From Octopus vulgaris (Eukaryota): a stretch of 64,000 nucleotides of DNA. The DNA is taken from the NCBI GenBank assembly GCA_951406725.2, contig OX597817.1:129828001-129892000 (forward strand). The letters run 5' to 3'. The position numbers and the translations under genes were made by a program. Shown here in pieces: positions 1 to 13,316 of the stretch (the first letter of the stretch is position 1; every line of letters begins with the position of its first letter). The notes beneath the pieces were generated by a model. That model was given only the letters and a program-made list of their open reading frames with translations. It made no database searches and was not told the origin of the DNA.

Positions 1-810
1 CTATTAACTTTTGGGGTTTGCAAAATTTGAGTATTTTAGCCAATCAGAAGTGAGTATTTTACACCGCACCTTGAAGTTCTGTTAGCATATTAAGCTAAGA
101 AGCACCACGTGTTCCATAGCTAATTACGATGAACTCTGTTTCCATAGTAACCAAAGATGCTGCGCCTGCGTACAAGGAATGTAACCATCAAATTGAGTGT
201 AATCAACAAACTGAAAGTAACTGGGCATCTTTAAAGCGTGAAAACAAACGCCGGTGTGGGACACGCCGTTCCATGACTGACTCTTATCTTTGTGAAATTA
301 TGTAGAGAAGGAGATATGAGGAAGCTAGTTTAGTTTATGAAATGTTAGAGCGCATTGTAAACTTTAGTTCTTGAGATTTTTAACTAATAAATGTCTGTTT
401 TAAGCAGTGTTTTAACTAGCAACTCCTGTTGGTTTGCTCGTTAAGCAGTGTTATTTCTAGCAACTCCTGTTGGTTTGCTCGTAGCTTTTAAATAGTTCAT
501 TTGCTCGCGAATCTTTTAATGTTTTTCACTTTTTACTGTAGCTATTTTAATGTTTTGACATACCGGTGCTCCCTCATCCTCCACTCGTCTCGCTACTGTG
601 ACAGATGATGGAAGAGGCAGCGAACGCGCTCTTATCTGATTGGCTGAAAATTCTGAAAATTATCAAACTTTGAACACCTGTAACATTTTCGCAAAAATTT
701 TCTTGAATAAATAAATAACAAATTCGGATTCAGCGTCAAAAATTACATCTATATGATACATAAAATTTTTTTTTAAGATTTCAACATGCAGTAACGATAA
801 CCAAAAAGAT
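1..810. mobile_element. Putative non-autonomous DNA transposon/MITE, left end cut by the window edge
   Basis: Imperfect inverted match between aatttgagtatttttagccaatcag (~24-47) and ctgattggctgaaaattctgaaaatt (~637-662). Internal ~40-bp direct repeat (ttaagcagtg...ctagcaactcctgttggtttgctcgt) at ~400-482. No ORF. Confidence 0.4.
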
Positions 811-1129
811 CCTTATTTCCTACTGCTGGAGAAATTGAACTCAGAAACTGAACCTGAAAGTCAATGACTCATCACTAGTCAACAATGCTGATACAGTTTA
901 CAGCAGTAAAATTCTAACATTTACATGAGTTGTGAGGGTCGTTACGAAGTTACTCAACCTGTTAAAAATAGCTGCCGAATCTTCTTGAAATCGCATAGAA
1001 CTGTCTCAAAAACAAAGATTGAATAGATAATGTATGTAGTCTGCAGTCTTGTGAAGTGGGGTGGAAGACGGAAAAAAAACCCCTGGATGGTAAAGAAAAA
1101 ACTGGATGGTTGCAGTAGCAGCAGAAGTG

Positions 1130-1132
1130 GTT

Positions 1133-1191
<59 letters not shown>

Positions 1192-1378
1192 CGTTGTCGT
1201 CGTCGTAGTAGTAGTAGTAATCCACGCCTATTGACTCAGTGAATCTGAAAGCTGGGATGGTTACAAATGGAACGTTTCGGTCAAAACTGACCAGGGGCTA
1301 CACAGCATTATCAACAACAGCAGCAACAACAACAACAACTACTACTACTGCAAAACATCTGGGCAATATTATTATTAT

Positions 1379-1433
<55 letters not shown>
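1130..1433. repeat. (AGT)n / (ACA)n trinucleotide microsatellites
   Basis: Visible triplet runs at 1130-1220 and 1380-1433. These explain the poly-S/Y ORFs. Confidence 0.95.
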
Positions 1434-1434
<1 letters not shown>

Positions 1435-2154
1435 TACGCATACTCGTCCTCGGCTGTTGAGAGACAACTCTTCGGTTACGAATTCAACACAGATTCGATA
1501 AAAAAACGGCAATAAGGACACAACCTTGGGCTCACTATGTTAAGCTCAAATACATGTCACCTGAGTTTATCGTGTGTCAGGTTATTTATTTATTTATTTA
1601 TTTTGTTTTGTATATTTAGAATGAAGGACTAGTTTATTTGTAACTCCAAACACGTGTATAACTGACCTTTACCATACTGTCAGCGTGAGGTTGCTATTGA
1701 AAACTTAGAACTACATTATTCCATATTTGGTAAGAAAAGAACTATGTATTTATTTGTATACATGCGTGCATATAATCACACACACATACACACACACACA
1801 CACACATACACACATATATATATGTATATATAAATGTAAGTATGTGTATATGCATACGCAATCATAAAAGACATAGACAGTTTAGCGACAACAGTTATTG
1901 CTGTCTACAACCAAACGAAGGGTTATAAGTTATAAAACATAATAATAATATATAAATATAATGTAATATAATATAATATAATATAATATAATATAATATA
2001 ATATATATATATATGCGCATACATACATGTATGTGTAAATATATTCTCATACGCACATGCGCACAGGCACACATATATTAATTATATATCATATAATGCA
2101 CGTACAAACACACATACATATTCATGCACACACATACACAGACTTCCGCCGCCC

Positions 2155-2195
<41 letters not shown>

Positions 2196-2692
2196 GACGC
2201 ACATATGTATATGCATTAAGTTTTATATATACAGATTACATGCAGGCAGTAAACCTGACGAAAATAGGCTCTGTTTATTTTAGATACATGTACATCCATG
2301 TATTTAATATAAATAAATGCCAACTATCATTTCTATTTTTATACGAGAGCTGTATACACTTCATATACACTTCGTTTAAAAGAATTAAAAGAGGCTGGCT
2401 TTCTGCACTTCGCAAATGTATCTTCAAAGTAGATATCAGCTGGGTTTATGTATATGCTTGCAGGAACCAACTAGGGAGCTATTACATTGACGCTCGGCTT
2501 GATAAGAATATTTACCACCTAATTCTACTTCAAATTACACACCTTTTACCCGTTTACCTCTTTAACGTCTTATTTAAAAAAAAGGATTATATTTGACGGA
2601 ATGGTCACAGTTGGAACGCCTTTGATTACACATATAGTTCATCAGTGCCAATCAGAGCCGTAACATTATCATCTTCATCGTCGTCGTCGTCG

Positions 2693-2756
<64 letters not shown>

Positions 2757-3072
2757 TATCATCTCAGAAACAACAACAACAGCATATACACACGCGCGCG
2801 CAAACTTGCTACAAAGTGTGGTCATGGAAATGACAGCAAACTGATTCAGTCATTCGAATATAGGAAGAAACAAAGGAAGAGAACATCATTAATGAAAGAT
2901 ATACGAGTCATGTGGTTAAGGCGTTAGCTTCACATCTATGCAGTTTCAGTTTCGATTGGACTGCAAAACATCTGGGCAACTACCTTCTACCACAGCTTTG
3001 GTTCAACTAATACCTTATGAGTGATATATGTGGTAGAGAGAAAACTGTATGGTAGCTCGTTAGTGTAACCGT

Positions 3073-3300
3073 CTCAGTTCTGGCACTCCGATGGTTACCA
3101 CGACGAGGCTTCCAATTGATCCGACCGACAGAATAGCCTGATCATAAAATTACCGTGCCAGTGACTGAGCACTCCACAGACACGCGTGCCCTAAATGTAA
3201 TTCTCAGGAAGATTCAGAGTGAAACAAAATGTGACAATGCTGGCTCTTTGAAATTCAGCTGCTACTCATTTTTGCCAGAAGAATGGACTGGAGCAATATG
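3073..3300 (-). mobile_element. SINE 3' fragment, old copy
   Basis: Contains ...gactgagcactccacagacacgcgtgccc...catttttgccagaagaatggactggagcaa, a body motif I recall from octopus SINEs. Not verified by search. Confidence 0.55.
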
Positions 3301-3577
3301 CTTTCAATTCTATCAGTAACTACTGGAAACAGGTGTAAGCCAAATTTACTCCAATTAAGAAAAAATTTGCAATGACCAGTATTTATGCCTTGCCTTGAAC
3401 TTCACTCTGTGAAAAAACCAATATAACAGGAGCGCAACTATGGATTTACAATATAGAATTGTGATGAACTATAAACTCGGACCCTGCCACAAGAACTTGA
3501 TGTTCTTTACTGTCTAAACAATATTAACCTGATGTACCAACAGAGAGTTTATGAAGTATTTTACCCGGATCGATTTG

Positions 3578-3658
<81 letters not shown>

Positions 3659-4204
3659 ATATATATATATATATATGTTGAAATACGTGCGTATATACTA
3701 ATAAATCATTGGTGAGTTAAAAGTGCATTGCTTCAGTACAGTTTCTGATATATTTCATAGTACATATAAACACGTACAGATATAAATCTGAAGGGGATAT
3801 ACATATTACAAATCATAATTCATATGAATTCTCATACACACCACACTAATGACTATCAAATCACTCTCACACACCCGTGCACACATGCATCATACACATG
3901 TACACGCACAGACAGACATATAGATATGCACATATACACACAATCGTTAATACATACACATCTATACATATGTGTGCACTTGTTGAAAGTCTGGAGTGTT
4001 GATCAACTTACGGTACCTGGAGTGAGAAAACACTTCATTACAGACGGTTTCGTTGCTATGGTTACAATCCATACATATTACTGAAAACTAAGTTTTATTG
4101 CTTATTTGTTATCTTCCTCACACACACATATACACACATATGTATGTATGTGGACGTTCGCCTTCTCTCTGAGTGTGTGTATACATACATACATATATAC
4201 ATAC

Positions 4205-4261
<57 letters not shown>

Positions 4262-4262
<1 letters not shown>

Positions 4263-4607
4263 TCTTTAACTTGTTTCAGTCATTTGACTACAGCCATGCT
4301 GGAGTACCGCCTTTAGTCGAACAAGGCGACTCCAGGACTTATTCTTTGTAAGCCTGATACTTATTCTAAGTTACGGGGACGTAAACACACCAACATCCGT
4401 TGTCAAGCGATGGTGGAGGGGCAACAACGCACACATATATATAAGACTGGCTTCTTTCAGTTTCCGTCTACCAACCCACTCACAAGGCTTTGGTCGACCT
4501 GAAGCTATAGTAGAAGACTCTTGCCCAAGGTGCTATGCAGTGGAACTGAACCCGAAACCATGTGGTTGGAAAGCAAGCTTCTTATCACACAGCCACTCTT
4601 ACGCCTA
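4262..4607 (-). mobile_element. tRNA-derived SINE, family A (CORE-like)
   Basis: Minus-strand head GGCGTAAGAGTGGCTGTGTGATAAGAAGC...GGTTCAGTTCC (A/B-box-like), then GCACCTTGGGCAAG. Homologous to copies at 33.8, 58.1 and 60.2 kb. Confidence 0.85.
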
Positions 4608-4638
4608 TGAAAATATACTCATTCAAATTAAAAAGATG

Positions 4639-4733
4639 TGCCCCAGGTAAGGATCGGACTCACGACCCTTAGATTCTTCCAAAGAGTTTACTTGGTTATG
4701 TGACTGACACGCTTCCTACTGTGCTACTGAGGC
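4639..4733 (-). tRNA. Elongator tRNA-Met(CAT)-like gene with a 22-nt intron, probably a pseudogene
   Basis: Reverse complement reads GCCTCAG TA GCAC AGTAGGAA GCGT G TCAGT CACATA [ACCAAGTAAACTCTTTGGAAGA] A TCTAA GGGTC GTGAG TCCGATC CTTAC CTGGGGC A. It has a 7-bp acceptor stem, a CAT anticodon, an insert at canonical position 37/38 and TTTTT 4 nt downstream. Lesions at U33, U55, D-stem and anticodon stem. Confidence 0.8.
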
Positions 4734-4741
4734 ACCCTCCG

Positions 4742-4842
<101 letters not shown>

Positions 4843-4905
4843 GTGTGTGTGTATGTGTGTGTGTCTGTGTCTATACACACACACGTTTATATATAAATAC
4901 ATACA

Positions 4906-5021
<116 letters not shown>

Positions 5022-5167
5022 TAGCAAAAGAGGGAGTGGTGTTTCCACGCAGGAAAAGAATATATAGGAAAATGTGTTGTTGAAAATGCACTTAAATTTC
5101 AAAAACTCGTGAATGTTTAAAATACATGTATTTACATATATACCAAACTAGTTTCAACAATATTTTT

Positions 5168-5321
5168 TTGTTTATCAATGGTAAAAGTGTAAAATTAGAA
5201 AAACATCGTTATAAGTTTCAATGCTGACAAATCAAAATGTTCCAATGTTGACAAACTGAAATGTTTCAATGTTGTTAAATTAAAATGTTTCAATGTTGAT
5301 AAATTATCATGTTCAAAACAG
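5168..5321 (+). repeat. Dispersed repeat containing a 24-bp tandem unit (aaatgtttcaatgttgacaaatta)
   Basis: About four tandem 24-mers. The same sequence recurs at 35087-35130 and 36803-36912. Confidence 0.75.
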
Positions 5322-5344
5322 GCCTTCTGTTTTGAACATGATAA

Positions 5345-7000
5345 TTTTGATGAAATCTCTCCAGCATTTTCATATGACGCCTGTAAGTGGTCCACGTCTC
5401 ACTGGAATAAAGAAGAGCAGTCAATACACACGTTTTATAGACACTGATTTTTATCTGCAGGGAAATACCTCTATCCGCCCATACTCTCTTTTGGAGCTTT
5501 CCAAATGCAACACTTCCCTCCCCTCTTCGATAGTATATCTCTGCATCAAGACCACCATCTCTTGACAGTGTGCTTCCAAGGTAAACAAAAGTATCAATGA
5601 CTTCTAACCTTGTTCCATTCACAAAAATGTTTGGTTCAGAATATGTTTGTCATGGCGCGGGAGAAAACATTACTTTGGTTTTCCCAAGACTAAATGTGAG
5701 TCCGAAATGTACACATGCAGTAGAAAAAAACCTGTCCATTATATGTTGCATATCCCGCTCTGAGTGTGCCAACAAATCAGCATCATCAGCATAAAGTAAT
5801 TCTCTAATAAGTGTTTTGAAAGTCTTTGCTATACAGTTAAACCGGGTCAGATTTAGAATGCGACCTGATGTCCGAAATCTGATTCCGATTCCCCTGCTTC
5901 AATATTTGAAAGCATATCAAAGTAATGCAGCAGAATAAATAGAGGAAAGTGTAGGAGTAGGAATATCTACCTGTTTGACATCTTTATCTACCGAAAATTC
6001 ACCATTAAAGACTACCTGAGCTTTCATGTTTCTGTGTAGTTCCTTAAAGATGTTCTCAAAATGTTTTGGGCAACTTAGTTTACACAAAACAATCCACAGT
6101 GCCTAACTGTTTACCGTGTCAATCTTAGTAAATCTATGAATCCTGGTATAGTGGCATTTGTTCCACTAATCATTTCTCTTGAACCTTCCTCGCAGAAAAT
6201 ATCGTGACCATTGGTTCCTCGCTTAGGTCTGAAACCACACTGTTCTTCGAGAATCACATGTGGACACACATTCTCAACGAGACGATCTAATGATCTTTGA
6301 AAGTATCTTCCCGTTATGTGCCAGGAGAGTTATCCCTCTAGAACTACCACACACTGGTTTTAGGACCTTACCCTTGCACACAGAGATTAGAGTGTCAGTT
6401 ATCCATGCCTATGACACAGAAGATTCATTCCAAACTCGAGCAGTGAAAAGACAGACAATTTTTAGTGCACCTTTTCTAGCACCTTCCTAGTATATCCAGA
6501 TGAGTAGTGTTCCACTTAAAAGGGCTGCTCAGGCTCAGGATTCTCCACCGAAAATAGTTCCTGTCTTTGAAAACATGTCAGCGATGTTAAGATAAGAACC
6601 GTGCCGCCTAGTGTACAGATTTGAAACCCTATGCTTCCAATGGTCAAGTCTTCATACATCTTCACGCCTCTATCGCCATAGGACTTTTGAAAAGTGATGA
6701 TTGTACAATGATGGTGTTTTGTCGGAGACATCTGTACTTCATTGGATTTCAGTGACAAGCGCTTGTACAACACTTTTGCCACTCTCTGGATCTAAATGGT
6801 AGATTCCAGTGACAAGCAAAGAAAGATGACTTGTACTAAGTTGACTGCAGGTTTTATATGGGAGTACTTTCTCCTAGTCTTTTTCTCAAAGGGAGAGTGC
6901 AAGCCAGCAGTGGTAAGTCAATTTTAATTCTCCTATATTGGTTGTCCTAATCACGGCTTCGTTTCAAAATTGGAGACCAATCTCTATCAAACAGTCATGG
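5345..7000 (-). mobile_element. Decayed RTE-clade LINE (RT domain, internally deleted)
   Basis: Minus-strand translation gives CGSSRGITLLA (~6330), EQCGFR (~6240), ELLYADDADL (~5785) and FVYLGSTLSRDG...VYKTCVLTALLYSSETWTTYRRH..LERFHQ (ORF 5290-5622). Confidence 0.85.
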
Positions 7001-7299
7001 TTTTGATAGTGCAGCTAATCAAAGGGACCGTCATTATCATGACCTGGTTTTATGTCAGAGGGTCCTTCTCTTAGAAGAGCCTCATCTACAAGCCTCATTT
7101 ACAAGCCTCATCTACATCCCTTACTCCACAAAAAAAAATGATATATAATTTGCTACGAGAAATAACTCAAACTTCCAGATCGCCAACATCGAATGCCTTT
7201 AGAAGTTGCCATATTGAACTTATGATTATTGGAGTGAGTGTACATTTGTGAGTGTGTGTGTGTGTGTGGCGTGTGTGTGCGCGTGCGTGTGCATTTGTG

Positions 7300-7686
7300 T
7301 AAGGAACTTCATTAGGGCGAAAAGGTCGAAAGACCTTCACAAAATACCAGCTCAGGAAACACCCGAACAGAGAAGAAATAAACTCGATGATATGCAAACA
7401 CGAGTCTCTGTAGGATGGTTTCTGAAGACACCTAAGCATAAGATACATCTATTACATAATATGCGCATGACAACCTCCGTCTCACAGACTCAGGAGACTA
7501 TGTCCCATTTCAGTTCAAACAACTTCAATTTCTAGTGAGTCTTAGTTTTGCCATGGCCATCAACAAATCGCAAGGGCAAATATTTTCAGTTACTGGTTTA
7601 CACCTTGAAGAGACCTGCTTCACCATAGTCAGCTTTACATTGGATGTTCAAGAGTAGGAGGGAAGAATAATCTTTTTATTTATGCA
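7300..7686 (+). mobile_element. Internally deleted Helitron remnant (RepHel N-terminal repeat joined to the PIF1 helicase C-terminus)
   Basis: ETPEQRRNKL N-terminal motif, then FKQLQFLVSLSFAMAINKSQGQIFSVTGLHLEETCF/HSQLYIGCSRVG (7513-7660), matching PIF1-family helicase motifs V-VI, with a frameshift. Confidence 0.85.
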
Positions 7687-9699
7687 ATTCGGCAAAAGAG
7701 AATGATACAATAAGGTCCAGGCTGAAGTAAAATAAGTACTAGGGTCAGTTTGTCCGACCAAACCCTTCAATGCTGAGCTCCAGCATGACCGCAGTCCAAT
7801 GAATGAAACAAGTAAATGATAAAAGATAATCGATTTCCTTCCCCAGACACTGTAACTATCCTGTGCATTCGTGTTCAATAATGTTGGCTCTTATCCTTTG
7901 ATTTTGCTTTGCGTTTTCTCTTATTTTCTCGCTTTGATCTTCTCTTATCTTCTGCATGTATCGACTCATTAGTTATCTTGTCGCATCAAGTCTTCGATTT
8001 CACTCCAAAGCGAAAGTTGTTTAAACGTGAAGCGAAAAGAAAATTTATACTGCAAAAATGTTCGACTGTGTAAAAAAATGAAATACGATGATAATATATA
8101 AAACGCAATTGAAATATTTTCCTTGCTGTTTTACTATCAGCTCCGTTTACGAAAGTAAAAGTGAAAGGAAGAGCGTTTCTGTCCGCAAAAAAAAAAAAAA
8201 AAAGTGAAACTGCTTCTGCAAAAATATCAATCAAAAACCATGTATTTTCTCAGAAAATATTATTAAGCAAGGGGCTTTTTCTTTAAAAAAAATGTAATAA
8301 TGAAGAAATATAAGAAACTATGGGGGAAGATATGCCAATCAGTATTCAATGATTTCCTAGAATTTGAGGAACAGTACCTGCAAATGGACCCAGCTATGTC
8401 TGGATATTGTATTAAAGTAACACGAGACTGAAAGATGTGGTTTAAAAGAGAATTGGCTGTTAAATATGCAATGCTAGCTAATACTAAGAGGTTTTAATTG
8501 TTGGTTTACGCATAGACGTAAGTGTGCTTGTTTGAGTAAGATTTGACTCCTATTCCTATGATTTTGAGATCCCACAGTGTGCTTTCATCGTTAGCTGAAT
8601 TTGGTGTGCTTTTAGGGAGAAGAGGTGCAATGATTTACTGTTCGTTGTTGACCTCGAAGTTTAGTTCCAAGTTAGTCATGATCGAATAAACCTTTCGGCC
8701 TTTAGTCATGGGCTTACTCAATCTGGAACATCCCATTTTTCTTATATCAGAAACTATGATGCTTTAGCCTATGCATTATATAAATGCACCAGCCAATAGG
8801 GTGTAATGTGAGGGTAAGTAAGCTGCTGTATCTATCAGGTCAAGATATCAAGAGCAGGTTGGTCGTTGGTTCCAACACACACGCGCGCGCACACACACAC
8901 ATACACAAAGACGTATATATACAAACACATGTAACAGTAGAGTATAATTTGATGGTGATTTGGGTACGATTCATGCGATTGCACTACCACATCGAGAGCT
9001 CTCTTGTTGGTTCATACATCTATAAATACAAAATGCAGTACAAAATTATTGTATTACTTTTAGCTGCACTCGTTGGGATTAGTTCTAAAAGGAAAGAAAT
9101 ATTCTTTATATTCTTTCGTCATTTAATTTGTTTATGTTAACATATATATTAAACATGATGACAATACTTGATTTATCTGTTTCACTAGTGATGTGTAGAG
9201 AGTACAATAAGAATAGTCTAGAATTACATCATTAGAGAGGGACTTCCATTAACGTTACACTGATTTAAATGCCTCTGGGACATATGTGTACATATCAGTT
9301 ACTGTTGCTATATGTTTCGGTAGTTTGTTAATAGTCCTGTATTTAGATTCCTTAATTTAGTAAACGTTTACTTGTTTTTGTTGTTTTGTCCCAAGACAGT
9401 ACTGACTGAGTAAACATGGTTATGAGGCCTTCCACTTGTGACCAACTTTTCCTTTTATCAAAAATTACTAAGCTATTCAAACCAATACGGTTTGATTTGG
9501 GGATTCACTTGAGAAGGGAATCGCAAAGATATGTTTACAAACCTGAATAGCACACATTCACTCTCTAGACCGCTATTCCACTGAGATCAAGAGTAAGAGA
9601 CGTAGAGAGAAAGATAGATACAAGGGAGTGGAGAGAGGAGAGGGGGAGAGAGAGTGAGAGAGGGAAAGAGACGTTTGCACATACGTAGATTCCACTCTC

Positions 9700-12600
9700 C
9701 TCGTCATTCATCTTCCAAACCTGGATATCAGTAACAAAATCATTTAATTACTCAGATCCCAAATCTGCCCACCCCTCCTAATACTCCTGATTCCTCGACC
9801 GTTCCCAGAACTTCTCGATCCACCGAAAATTTTTCGATCATATCTTATCCTGCATCGAGTATGTCTACTTTATTTCACCCGAATCCAAACTCATTGTCCT
9901 CGGTGACGCCAATGCTTACAACTTTTCTTGGCTCTCATATTAATCACATACTGATACCGCCAGTGTAGAAACCTAAATTCTACAGTTTCCAACCCTCTAC
10001 ATCAACTATTTTAACTCCCGAAGCCTAGTTCCAGATTTAGACATAAGCTGAACACGCTACAGTTTAGGGCTTCACAATCCGCAGGGGACTCAAATAACTA
10101 AAAGGCGCATGTTTTTAATTTTTTTGAAACCTTTTGATGTAATTTTCTTAAGATGTCTACAACATTTATAAAGCTTATGGTTTCACCAGGTCTAAATCCC
10201 ACACTCCCGACACACATCTCTAACCGACACACAAATACTCCAAACATCCTTGGTCTTCTCTCATTCTCAACACCAATCTTCCTCAGATTAGCCTATGAAA
10301 AGCAGAACTCTATGTTTTTGTTGAACTAACTAGAAATTGTAGCCTAATCTACAAATCGCAGTCTACTCTTCAAAAAAAATACATCAGATAAAGTAGTGCC
10401 GGATTCTTTGCACATAATGGAATGGTCAGGGCTGTAATAGTAAATCAACTCGATTAGGACTGACATGGGATAAACAATAGCAACAACATCCCTTAACAGA
10501 CCAAAATAGTTTTTGCTCCAGTCAACTGGTTCGACTGCCATTTTATCACGACTACCTACTACACACTCTCGTAATACATAACGTCCTCTCTTATCAGACC
10601 TTATGAGACTTCATGTCGGAGCTCCACCAATTTTATGCTAACTGACAGAATATGTGCTTCACTTCTGACTCATCGGAAACAGCTGGTAGCTAGGGGTGAC
10701 TGAAGTGATCCTCTTGGATGTATCACTCTGCATTTCTCGCACAACTAAAACTCATAGCTTCAAGCTCCTTTTTTCTAATGACTGACTCGTAGCACTTCTT
10801 CAGTAGTTCTGACAAAATAACACAGCGTACAATCCTTGAAGAAAGTCACGCAAGACTTTAAACTAGAGAGCTCTTATCCTGTAAGATTATCATTGCCACC
10901 GCCATTATCCGTAACTACTACAAGAAAACCCGAATTGCGAACGATGCCTTCGTGCATTGCTCATCTCCCAAGCTCTCTACTTCTCCAAAGTGAGACTGAT
11001 GCTTTCGGTTTCTTGTCCAAAAGATCTCAATCAACTTTATTTAATCCTTCTTTCTTTTACTTCCCACCTAGGATGGTTCTTTAAGCAGTAATCTCACGGA
11101 GAATTCCTTCATATTCGATGCTCGTTTTTTATCCTTCTTCATACTGCACAAGTTTGGTAAATCTCCTAAGTCATCCTTTTACACCCCGCTCGGCTCCCAC
11201 TCATGCACACATAAATTTCAAATACTCCCGGTCGCTTCAAATTACTAAGGTCACCAACCTTGACAATGTTCTTTCTATTATCCTCAAACGATGCGTCTCA
11301 GTAATAGCCCCTATGCTCCCCAAACTCTTTAATCCCTTATCTCCGTTTTCTCTTTGTTCCCACCCAGAAATTGAATCCACTTCTAGAAACATGCAACAGT
11401 ATATCCTATTCATAAGAAGGTCAACCACTCTGACCCTGCAATCAACCGCCCTATCGTACTCACTTCCAATGGTGATGGTGATAACTTTTAACCACAAACT
11501 TCTCCAATATCTTCACTCACTCTCCCTCCTTAATGGCCACTAAATACAGCATTCCTTCTGTGCCATTCACGAAAAAATTTGTAAAATCAATGTTGTTGAC
11601 CTCGACATAAGAAAATCTTTCGACCTAGCCTGGTACATGAATCTTTTCTCAAATCACTCTGCTATGGGTTCCGTTTGATTCTCATCTCCTGAGTCGGTGG
11701 ATTCCTGTTAGAATGCACTGTCGCTGTCAGTTGGAATTATCTGTCAAACTTTATCAAGTCTGATGTCCCTCAGGGTTCAGCTCCCCTCCTTGCCTCAATC
11801 ATCCTCTTTTACATAAATTACCTATTTGTCGCTACCGCTCACTTTTGCTTAGATTATGTCACCCTTCATTTTTCCCCATTTTTCCGTACCTAAGTTACAG
11901 TCACATGGTATCTTGATCGTCCAGGCTAAATCTGCACTCACTCTTGAAGAGAAAACATCTTCCAATATGGTCATGCCAATCTTGACTCCCCCTGCGGCAA
12001 GAACACACACTTACACTCGTACAGATACATACAGAAATACATTTATTTACAGAGTCACTGCACATACGAAGAAACCTGATGATACAGCATGAGCTGCACT
12101 TAACTAGAAACCTCGTTGTCACTTCATATTCCGTGTTTTAGATTCACTGAGGATCTCTTTTCGTCCGTATTTCAAAGATTAAACTTACTATTCCTATCCA
12201 GAGAATACTTTAAACCGCTCTGCAAAAGTTAGGTGAGATACACAAGTGAGTACAGCTTCAGAATCTGGGTTGCTACAGCTACTACATACACATTGAAATC
12301 TTAGATTACATTCTAAGAAAGCTCACTCGACATGAAGTCACTCATGGAGACTCTCCAAGCTCTGATTACAAAACTGACGAAAGGGATCCTGCTTGTCTTG
12401 TTTCATTAGGACAGTGTTCCAGCATACAAGTCCCTGGTCTCAATGGCTGCTGTGTGTTCGTGTGGCTTTGAACTTGTTGATCACCCCACCAATTTCCCCT
12501 AATTTGGTCCCTCTGACCCTCATTTGTTCCCCAACATGAAAAAAAAAAAACTGAGCTGGAAACCAGTATTGCAGTGATGATGACGTCATATTTGCTGCTG

Positions 12601-12960
12601 TCCACTTTTTTACGAACAGGATAAAAGCGTCTTCATCTATAGGATCCAAGCATTGCAATACTAATAGAAGTGTGTGGACCGCTAAAGAGGACTATGTTGA
12701 AAAATAAACCCCATTAGGTCATATGTCATGAGAGTATCTTGGTCAGCCTATGAACTTTTCAGCCGACCCTCGAACAATATACAAGTTGTGTCCCTTCTCT
12801 GCAGCAACAGTGGCCTCTGCTTCTCGAAGTTGCCAGTACTCTTGGTTCATTCACTCTTCATCCTCTCATCACTCACATTGAATCCAACCCTCTATCACCA
12901 CACTAACTCCTCTGCACAATCCTCCTACCCAGAACATCGATCCTCTAGAATTTCCTCCCT
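9700..12960 (+). mobile_element. Highly decayed CR1/L2-group LINE ORF2 (APE + RT), interrupted by younger insertions
   Basis: KLIVLGDANAYNFSW (~9890, APE motif GDFN), ILKRCVSVIAPMLPKLFN, PIHKK.NHSDPA.NRPI, DLDIRKSFDLAW (LDISKAFD-like) and SDVPQGS (~11760). Confidence 0.75.
12368..12772 (+). mobile_element. mariner transposon 3' part with right TIR
   Basis: Degenerate KLTKG..LFH*DSVPAYKSLVSMAAV..CGFELVDHP..P.L.PSD.HLFPNMKK...DYVEK*, ending in aacttttcagccgaccctcg. Confidence 0.85.
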
Positions 12961-13251
12961 GCAAATGTCTTTCCTTTAGTCGTAGCCTTGCAACAATGTA
13001 AGCGTAACGTTAACGGCAACTATCTCGCCGTTTTCGGAATGAATGCGAAGGGCATTGGGCAGTACTTCTCCCTGAGATATCCCCCACTCCCAAATCCATC
13101 AGACAGACTTCTCACAAAGTTTCCGTCTACCTGATTTCACTAACGTAGCTTGTTTGCAGCTAAGGACATTTGCTTAAGATTTCTCGTAGTGGATTGAAAC
13201 CCGAAATCTCACCATTGTGAAGCGAATAACTCAAATAGTTACCCGATCAGA

Positions 13252-13316
<65 letters not shown>

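Noticed and set aside
5215-5310. 24-bp periodic repeats as a possible CRISPR array
   Set aside because: The units are contiguous with no unique spacers, there are no cas genes, and the context is eukaryotic.
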